From: Candidatus Anstonellales archaeon | GTDB lineage: Archaea > Micrarchaeota > Micrarchaeia > Anstonellales > J096 | Reading direction: 5' to 3' | NCBI GenBank assembly: GCA_038890745.1 | Contig: JAWAFD010000002.1 | Location: 128,001 to 192,000 of the forward strand | DNA length: 64,000 nt | Part shown: positions 56,845-64,000 of the stretch, in pieces | Layout: the number at the start of each line of letters is the position of its first letter | Position numbering within the stretch: the stretch's first letter is position 1 | Translations under genes and position numbers: made by a program | The notes under the pieces: generated by a model | Database searches by the model: none | Seen by the model: the letters and a program-made list of their open reading frames with translations, nothing else | Told to the model about the DNA's origin: nothing

Positions 56845-58719
56845 ATGAAAAAAATTTTTATCCTTGCCTTGCTTTTCTGCCTTACTTTTGCCCAGTACTA
56901 CCAAGTCTATCTTGTTCTTGAGAATGAAACCATCCACTCCCTTGTTTATGATAACCCATCATTTTCTTATGCAGATAACTCCATGGAAAACCCGAACATC
57001 TATGTCCGCGTTTGCGCCCTTAATGCGAGCGAGCTTCAGAACAAATGGGTCGCGCTTGTTTACGCAGACGGAACAAACGGCCAGTACATTGAAATAGACA
57101 ACGGGCCCGTGCAAATAACCTCTGTTCCTCCAAGCTTGTGCGTTAATCTAGATGTGGACATTTCTTCTTTCAAAGCATGGTACCCATCCATCCCATTTGT
57201 GATAATTGCAGATAACAAAGCCCTTACCTCCTCGCCTACTCGATGGAAGCTTTCCCAATCTCGCGGATGGCTTGTTGGCAATTATACCATGAACGCAACC
57301 AGAATAGGAAATACTGTTTATGTTAATGTTACCGGCGCTGTTGATGATTCTTTTGCAACCTACATTGTTCCTGTTGTTGACTATCTTGTTGTTGGGACCG
57401 TTCAGAGCGATGGACTTACAACAACAGATACAAAAATAGTTAGGTTCAACCAAACAGCAACCCTTTCGCTCGGGGCTTACACAGGGAATTACACAATAAT
57501 GATAAACGGGATAGGAGGAGAATTTCCACCTTATGTAAGAATAATTTCCCCACAGCCAACAACCTACCCACCCGGCGATATTCCTTTTATTTTTACAATA
57601 ATAGAATTCGAGCCTTTGGATTCCTGCTGGTATGTTTTAGATAGCCGCGCCTACACCCTTCCTGATTGCCATGCTTCCTACATCCTTTCCGGCCTTTCTG
57701 CCGGCTCCCATTCCCTTTGCCTGTATGCAAACGACACCTCGAACAGGATAGGAAGCGACTGCGTTTCCTTCTCAATCTCAGCTCCTCCTCCTCCTCCACC
57801 ACCAGGTCCAGGAGGAATCGGAAAGCCACCCAAGCCACCTCCTCCACCCATCCCTCCTGCACCAACATTCAGAATAATTCCTGAGGAGCTTTTCCTCTAC
57901 CTTGAGCTCATCTATCCTTATGAAGCTTCGGACACTTTCTCCCTTTGCGCCGATTATGCTCTCTCCAATATTGAATGCGAAATTTCCGGTCCATACGCAG
58001 AGTATTACTCCGTGGAACTCTCATCACATTCCCTTAACAACTCCTGCATTAATGGGACTGTTTCTGTAAAATTTCCAGTTTCGATTGCGCTTGATATTGA
58101 TGAAAACGAAAACCTCCTATACTGCTATGCACAGTACGACAGCATTTCCTCTCTTGTTGCAAAGGGAAATGTGTATACTATTGTTCTAAAACCAGAGCTT
58201 GAATCCACAAACCTCTCATACTCTCTTTACATAGGTCAGGAGATAAACGCAACCCTCCCCATCACAAACATAGGAAAGGCAAACGCAACAAACATCACGG
58301 TTGAAACCTCTCCAAAATATGAAGAGTGGCTTGGTGCCTACACGATAGGGAATATAGGGGTTGGAGAAACCCATTTCCTCTCCATCCATATTAAAGTTCC
58401 AGATGACGCCCAGCCAGGAAAATACAGAATTCCGATTACTATTTCTGCAGAGAACGCGCGCGCAAAAACATATTATATAGAAATAACAGTAAAGCCAAAA
58501 CCAGAGCTTATTACTTGCGCATTTGATTTCAATCTTCTCGCTACTATCTGGCCATTAATCCTAGCAATGCTCCAGCCCATTGCTGTTTTTGAGTATTACC
58601 GGGAAGATAAAAAATGGAAGGAAAAATCCCTCCGCCTCTCCTCCCTGAATGCCCTCATCCTTCTCATTGTTTGGCTGGTTATTTTCTACTTCATTGCCTC
58701 AAAATGCCTCCCTCTCTAA
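56845..58719 (+). CDS. Cell-surface protein with Ig-like domains, poly-Pro linker and C-terminal TM anchor
   Basis: Signal peptide; GSHSLCLYANDT; PPPPPPPGPGG; TNIG..VPDDAQPGKY; two C-terminal TM helices. Confidence 0.8.
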   Translation: MKKIFILALLFCLTFAQYYQVYLVLENETIHSLVYDNPSFSYADNSMENPNIYVRVCALNASELQNKWVALVYADGTNGQYIEIDNGPVQITSVPPSLCVNLDVDISSFKAWYPSIPFVIIADNKALTSSPTRWKLSQSRGWLVGNYTMNATRIGNTVYVNVTGAVDDSFATYIVPVVDYLVVGTVQSDGLTTTDTKIVRFNQTATLSLGAYTGNYTIMINGIGGEFPPYVRIISPQPTTYPPGDIPFIFTIIEFEPLDSCWYVLDSRAYTLPDCHASYILSGLSAGSHSLCLYANDTSNRIGSDCVSFSISAPPPPPPPGPGGIGKPPKPPPPPIPPAPTFRIIPEELFLYLELIYPYEASDTFSLCADYALSNIECEISGPYAEYYSVELSSHSLNNSCINGTVSVKFPVSIALDIDENENLLYCYAQYDSISSLVAKGNVYTIVLKPELESTNLSYSLYIGQEINATLPITNIGKANATNITVETSPKYEEWLGAYTIGNIGVGETHFLSIHIKVPDDAQPGKYRIPITISAENARAKTYYIEITVKPKPELITCAFDFNLLATIWPLILAMLQPIAVFEYYREDKKWKEKSLRLSSLNALILLIVWLVIFYFIASKCLPL

Positions 58720-58770
58720 AGTTCTGCTAAAAGGGAAAGATTTTTATATTTTTTTCCCTATTAATTGTAC

Positions 58771-60069
58771 ATGAATTTTGAGGAGGTGAAGGAGTATCTT
58801 CTGGATTTTCAGAAAAGAGAAATGCCTGAGATGGTGGAGAGAGAGCTTAGGGTCGATGGTTCCGGAAGGATAGTTTCAATAATAGGACCAAGAAGGGCCG
58901 GTAAAACATTTTTTATGTACCAGAAAATGAAGGAGCTTATAAATTCCGGAAAGAAAAAAAGCTCCATACTTTACCTAAACTTTGAAGACCCGCGGCTTGT
59001 TGGAGTGAGTTTCAAAGACATCAAAGAGATAGTTAAATTACACTGGCAGCTTTATCCGGATTCGACGAATGAGCAATTATACATTTTTGTAGATGAACCG
59101 CAAAATGTTGAAGGATGGGAGGTTGCAGTAAGGGGGCTGCATGATGATGGTTTTGTTGTTTTTCTGAGCGGCTCAAGTTCTAAACTATTAAGCAGAGAAA
59201 TAGCAACCTCTCTACGCGGCCGGACGATCTCTTATACTCTCCTCCCATTTTCTTTTAGAGAGTTTATGAGAATGAAAAAAGTTTCTTTTGATACCAGTAG
59301 ACTTGGCTCTAAAGAAAAGGCACTGCTAAATTCCCTCTTCGAGGAATATGTCGTGTTTGGCGGGTTTCCTGAGGTTATAAAAGCAGAAAAGAAAGAAGAA
59401 AAGGAAAGAGTACTGAGCGAATACTTCGATCTGGTTGTTTACCGCGATATTGTTGAACGATACAAGGTGAAAAACACCGCGCTCGTTAAATGGTTGATAA
59501 AGTCAACTCTTTCTTCTTTTTCAAAGGAGCTTAGTATCCATAAACTTTATCTCAATTTGAGATCTCAGGGGCTAAGCTTAAGCAAGAATACGCTGTATTC
59601 ATATTTTTCGATGCTTGTAGACTCTCTTTTTGTTTTTCCAGTTTTCAGGTTTTCTTATTCAATAAGAAAAAGAGAGCTTTCTAAAGCAAAGGTTTATGCA
59701 TGCGATGTTGGGTTCACAAAGCTTGTTGAGATCTCTCCAGAAAGAGGAAGGAAAATGGAGAATATTGTTTTCTTGGAACTTATGCGAAGAAAAAAACCTT
59801 TGGAAGAGATTTTTTATTGGAAAAATCCTCAGAATAAAGAAGTCGATTTTGTCGTTAGAGAAGGAAGTAGGACAAAAAAACTCATTCAGGTTTGTTCTAA
59901 CATTAGTGATATGGAAGTGAAAAAAAGAGAGGTGGGTGCTTTAATAAAGGCATCTGAAGAGTTGAGATGCAGTGATCTATCCATCATAACCGATAGATAT
60001 ACAGGGCAAGAGAGAGTAAAAAGAAAAAAAATAAGTTTTGTTTCCCTGCCGGAGTGGTTGCTTTCATAG
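58771..60069 (+). CDS. AAA+ ATP-binding protein (AAA_14 + DUF4143)
   Basis: GPRRAGKT, VDEPQN, SGSSS, GGFP, KVYACDVG, EVDFV..QVC. Confidence 0.9.
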   Translation: MNFEEVKEYLLDFQKREMPEMVERELRVDGSGRIVSIIGPRRAGKTFFMYQKMKELINSGKKKSSILYLNFEDPRLVGVSFKDIKEIVKLHWQLYPDSTNEQLYIFVDEPQNVEGWEVAVRGLHDDGFVVFLSGSSSKLLSREIATSLRGRTISYTLLPFSFREFMRMKKVSFDTSRLGSKEKALLNSLFEEYVVFGGFPEVIKAEKKEEKERVLSEYFDLVVYRDIVERYKVKNTALVKWLIKSTLSSFSKELSIHKLYLNLRSQGLSLSKNTLYSYFSMLVDSLFVFPVFRFSYSIRKRELSKAKVYACDVGFTKLVEISPERGRKMENIVFLELMRRKKPLEEIFYWKNPQNKEVDFVVREGSRTKKLIQVCSNISDMEVKKREVGALIKASEELRCSDLSIITDRYTGQERVKRKKISFVSLPEWLLS

Positions 60070-60115
60070 TTAATCTTTTAAACAGTTCTGTACATACTTG
60101 GTTATGCGGGTGGGC

Positions 60116-62923
60116 ATGAGAATAGAATTCATCGTCCTGTCTTTACTTGTTCTTTTAGCCAGTACGTATGCTATCTCAGACTGTCAACAAATAACCGGAG
60201 AAAACCTTTCTCTTACTCTGGATAACAACATAGACGCACAGGGGAATGATTGTTTTTACATACAAGGAATAAACATAACCCTGGATTGCAGAAACTACCT
60301 TATTTATAACGCTTCCACTGCAATTTTAGTAAACAACTCCCACATGATAAATATATCCAGGTGTAAAATAGAAAATTCAACAAATGGTATCATTCTTCAA
60401 GTCCAGACCCCAACAGGCTATCCCGAATACCAAGATCAGTTAGTAAGAAGAAATACTTCGGCCATTCTAACCAGCATTACAATAAACAATGTAACAAATG
60501 GAATTCTCATGAACAGAACCCATCAGAATACGATAAGGTTCGCAAACATAAGAAATTCCCAGAATGCCATTTCCTTATTCTATTCTTATGCAAACATTAT
60601 AGAAAATTCAACAATTCAAAACAACCAGCTTGGTATTTTCATATATGATGCTGCCGCCAACGGCTCGCAGGCAAACGCAACCCCAATACTCGCAAAAGCA
60701 AAAGGTAAAGGAGTTAAAAGCGTGGACCCAGAGCCAGTAAACGACACTACTGTAATCCGAGGAAAGTACGGAAGCATAGTAAGGCACTGTACTTTTCAGA
60801 ACAATTCTATAGGAATAGTTTTGAATCAAACAGCAAACAATTCATTCTACAACAATCTATTCAACAACACCCAAAATGTTCTTTCAGATTCGTCTTCCAG
60901 CAATTTTGTTAATTACTGGAACTCTTCCTATGACTGCTCTCAAAGAAGCATAATAAACGGAATGTGCAGAGGAGGGAACTATTGGAATGATTATTATGGG
61001 TATGATGATGGAACTGGTTCTCCTCCTCATGATGTTTATTTTGATGATATTGGCGATACCCTTCTTCCATACATTCCAAACGGAGAAATTTCTGGGGATG
61101 AGCTTCCACTAACAAAAAACCTCCCACCAGATTGGGTTGCGTATTGTAGACAGATTACCCAGCCAGGAACATATACACAAAAAAGAAACATCTATGGTGT
61201 TATCTCATCCTCAAACAAGAAGTGCATAGAGGTTTTGGCTGACAACGTTACCCTCAACTGCGCCGGCTTCAACATCACAGATAACACGACCTATACAGAT
61301 AGTTATGGAATTTACATTTCAAACTACAACAATTTAACAGTTGCAAACTGTACTGTCCTTAATTACACAACCGGCTATTATGACAGAAATTCTTTCTATG
61401 GTGCCCTTTACAGAAATAACTTCTCAAACGACAGATACAATCTTTATTTTGATGTGGACACCTCGCCCTACCCAAACCAAACAGAACCATTCCTTAAAAC
61501 GATCACAACAGACAACTATGTTTATGGAAGAAAAGTATATTACTTCATCAACGGCCGAACTCCTGATGGCTACACTTGGCCTCCTCCTTATGATGCAGGA
61601 TTTGTTGCACTGGTTAATGGCCAGAATATTGTTGCAACCGGCTACGATCTATACAACAACAGTCCAGAGATGATTTTTGTAAATATCTCCAACCTTGAAA
61701 TAAAAGAGAACAAAATATGGAAATCCGGCGTTGGTGCATACGTTCTTTTCAGCGAGAATGTTTATGTAAAAAACAACAATTTCACAAACAACAGCCTATA
61801 CGAGATTTTCATTACCTACTCAAATTACACAAACATAACCAAAAACCTTTTCTACAACACTTCAGGATATTCAATACTACTTTACAGATGCGACAATAAC
61901 GATATTTTCCTAAACAATGGAACAAACTCAGGGTATCTAATTTCAGTTGCGTATGCAAACAACAGTTTAGCTCACGATAATTATGCAAACTATACGTCAG
62001 GCGGAATATGGTTCTCATATTCTACGTACAACAAAATATATTCAAATGAGCTCTGGCTTGTGTGCGGAGGGCAGGCAGTAATAGGAAGCTCAAACGTTAA
62101 TTACACTTTTGTCTTTTCTAATACCGGAAGCAGCCGATGCACATCCACACATCAATTTATATATATAGTTGGCACCAACCCGTCCCCTTCATGGGCGTAC
62201 TACGGTGAGGTATATAACAATACAATCAAAAGATATCCCGGCGGAGTTACGTGGAATTCTGGGATTCATATAAACCGGGCGGGGTATTTAGTTGTCCATG
62301 ATAATTACATTGAGGATGTACGGTATAGTGGTAATAGCGTTGGCATTCAGTTTCCATACGGAGCCGGTCATATTACTTATAACAACACAGTGATAAATGC
62401 CAGCAAATGTATGAGGGCGTTCATCTCAAATTCCGAAACATCAAACAATACGTTCCGATACTGCGATATTGGTATAACGCTTGAATTTGCTACAGGCAAT
62501 AGAATATACAATAACATGATACTGGATAGCATTACATATGGTTATGATGATTATATCAATGGCAATTGGTGGAGCCTTGGTCATATAAACTGCTCCCGTG
62601 GGCCGAATATAATCGGTGGTCCATGTTGGGGAGGAAACTTTTATGGAAACTATTCCGGATGCGATTCTAATGGCGATGGGATAGGAGAGACGTCCTATCC
62701 AATAAATGGTAGTGCTTATGCCGTAGACCCATACCCTCTTACAAACACCCCATGCAAATCTCAACCTCCACCCATTAAAGAACCAACCGAAATCAAACCC
62801 ATTCAACCATCCCCAAAGCCTCTTCCCGCTCCGTCTGAGAAGAAAGACAGAAAACAGAACTCAACCTCTATTTCTGTAAATTCTACTGAAATTTCTTTAC
62901 CAAGTTCCATCCCCATACACTAA
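60116..62923 (+). CDS. Secreted NosD/CASH beta-helix surface protein
   Basis: Signal peptide; ITLDC; GGNYWNDY..DDIGD.PY and GGNFYGNY..GDGIGE motifs. Confidence 0.85.
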   Translation: MRIEFIVLSLLVLLASTYAISDCQQITGENLSLTLDNNIDAQGNDCFYIQGINITLDCRNYLIYNASTAILVNNSHMINISRCKIENSTNGIILQVQTPTGYPEYQDQLVRRNTSAILTSITINNVTNGILMNRTHQNTIRFANIRNSQNAISLFYSYANIIENSTIQNNQLGIFIYDAAANGSQANATPILAKAKGKGVKSVDPEPVNDTTVIRGKYGSIVRHCTFQNNSIGIVLNQTANNSFYNNLFNNTQNVLSDSSSSNFVNYWNSSYDCSQRSIINGMCRGGNYWNDYYGYDDGTGSPPHDVYFDDIGDTLLPYIPNGEISGDELPLTKNLPPDWVAYCRQITQPGTYTQKRNIYGVISSSNKKCIEVLADNVTLNCAGFNITDNTTYTDSYGIYISNYNNLTVANCTVLNYTTGYYDRNSFYGALYRNNFSNDRYNLYFDVDTSPYPNQTEPFLKTITTDNYVYGRKVYYFINGRTPDGYTWPPPYDAGFVALVNGQNIVATGYDLYNNSPEMIFVNISNLEIKENKIWKSGVGAYVLFSENVYVKNNNFTNNSLYEIFITYSNYTNITKNLFYNTSGYSILLYRCDNNDIFLNNGTNSGYLISVAYANNSLAHDNYANYTSGGIWFSYSTYNKIYSNELWLVCGGQAVIGSSNVNYTFVFSNTGSSRCTSTHQFIYIVGTNPSPSWAYYGEVYNNTIKRYPGGVTWNSGIHINRAGYLVVHDNYIEDVRYSGNSVGIQFPYGAGHITYNNTVINASKCMRAFISNSETSNNTFRYCDIGITLEFATGNRIYNNMILDSITYGYDDYINGNWWSLGHINCSRGPNIIGGPCWGGNFYGNYSGCDSNGDGIGETSYPINGSAYAVDPYPLTNTPCKSQPPPIKEPTEIKPIQPSPKPLPAPSEKKDRKQNSTSISVNSTEISLPSSIPIH

Positions 62924-63017
62924 AATAGTTCATATTTATGTTTTTTTGTATTTTTTCGAGAGAGATTGCGCGAAACCTTTTTAAACTTTATGGTAGACAT
63001 TTCAGCAGGTGAAAAGG

Positions 63018-63722
63018 ATGAATGGAAAATATCTCTTGATAGGCTTTATGGCTCTCTTAGTCCTAGCAGGAATAGTGGCGGCCAGTACACCAATAAACGC
63101 AAGCGTTTCGGCAGGACCGCAGCAAAGATACGCAATACCACATGGTGCAGCAGGTTCTGTTACGACTGAAGGTGGAAACGTAACACAAGTAAACCTTACG
63201 GGTACGAACTCCTCTACAGAAAGATGGGCTGGCTTCTACGGAAACCTTACGGGTTCCAACTTGGTACTCGGTGACAGCTCCGGCAATGCATTCTACGCAT
63301 GGGCAGTTGGTAATCCAAACGAACTTTGGAAGGTCTACGCTTCTACCCAGAATGATGTTAACTGGGCAAACCTTGCTGCTGGTCAATGCGAAGCGGGTAC
63401 GAATGTGTACAATTGGGTGTTCAATGGTGCCTGGGCAGACAACTATACAAATACATTCACACATTCAGGAGCAGACACATTTGCAGATGCTACAATAACT
63501 GCAAACTATACATTGACCTATGAGCATAACGGTGCTGAAACTTGGCCGACATACCATCTCCAGGATGGTACAGGAACTGATGATGATGTGTGGGCAGCAA
63601 AAGTTTTAACCACTGCAACTGCATTCAATGACGCAGCAGGTGTTGTGTACCAGCTCATGGTTCCTGCAAACCCAGCGGATAACACTTACGTGACCTATTA
63701 CTTCTTCCTAGAAATAAACTAA
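63018..63722 (+). CDS. Secreted single-domain protein, candidate major structural subunit
   Basis: Signal peptide; TEGGNVTQVNL, RWAGFYGN, YQLMVPA, C-terminal YYFFLEIN; AGGTG RBS; T-rich terminator. Confidence 0.75.
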   Translation: MNGKYLLIGFMALLVLAGIVAASTPINASVSAGPQQRYAIPHGAAGSVTTEGGNVTQVNLTGTNSSTERWAGFYGNLTGSNLVLGDSSGNAFYAWAVGNPNELWKVYASTQNDVNWANLAAGQCEAGTNVYNWVFNGAWADNYTNTFTHSGADTFADATITANYTLTYEHNGAETWPTYHLQDGTGTDDDVWAAKVLTTATAFNDAAGVVYQLMVPANPADNTYVTYYFFLEIN

Positions 63723-63855
63723 TCCGAGAGCCATTCTTCCTCTTTTTTCTTTTTTTCCTTCTTGATGCTGCATTTGTCGAAAAAATGAACAAAAATATTT
63801 GAATTCTGTCCAAAATTTCGACAACTTTTTAAACCTTTCCCCATCCAAATCTCTC

Positions 63856-64000
63856 ATGGAAAACGAACGTATTTTTGAAAAATTATCGCTTGTCTTCACA
63901 ACAAACCTTAGGATGGCAGAAAGTTTAGAGTACAAGAGATTTCTCTACCCTGTTTTAAAAAGCAAGATAGTAAAGAATAAGCTTATTCTACTTTATGGAG
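63856..64000 (+). CDS. 5' fragment of a probable AAA+ ATPase, truncated by window edge
   Basis: MENERIFEKL...KRFLYP..K....KLILLYG resembles the lead-in to a Walker A motif. Confidence 0.45.
   Translation, partial: MENERIFEKLSLVFTTNLRMAESLEYKRFLYPVLKSKIVKNKLILLYG

Overview
Archaeal chromosomal window (RadA, uL16/L10e, Sec61beta, PAC2, aTrm56, TrmI, intron-containing tRNAs). Gene content and compact overlaps suggest a DPANN/Micrarchaeota-like lineage (inference). It carries housekeeping and metabolic genes (kbl-tdh, pyrD-pyrK, a 2-oxoacid:ferredoxin oxidoreductase, purE, NAD kinase), two type IV pilin-like clusters (one with ATPase and platform protein), two MNT-HEPN toxin-antitoxin pairs, up to three AAA+/DUF4143-type ATPases and many surface proteins. 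Main points of interest: (1) a PPR protein built from near-identical 102-bp repeats that vary mainly at the RNA-recognition code positions; (2) a family of short palindromic elements found inside a tRNA-Leu intron, in the tRNA-Ala trailer and in frame at the aminotransferase/trm56 junction; (3) two tRNAs with T-loop (59/60) BHB introns followed by the same G/C-run trailer, which is homologous in antisense to the tRNA-Leu intron; (4) a palindromic operator plus promoter shared by the DUF736-radA operon and an unannotated 35-aa ORF; (5) a cluster of secreted proteins linked by a chain of shared domains, a candidate non-type-IV surface filament. All calls are by eye; no database searches were run.
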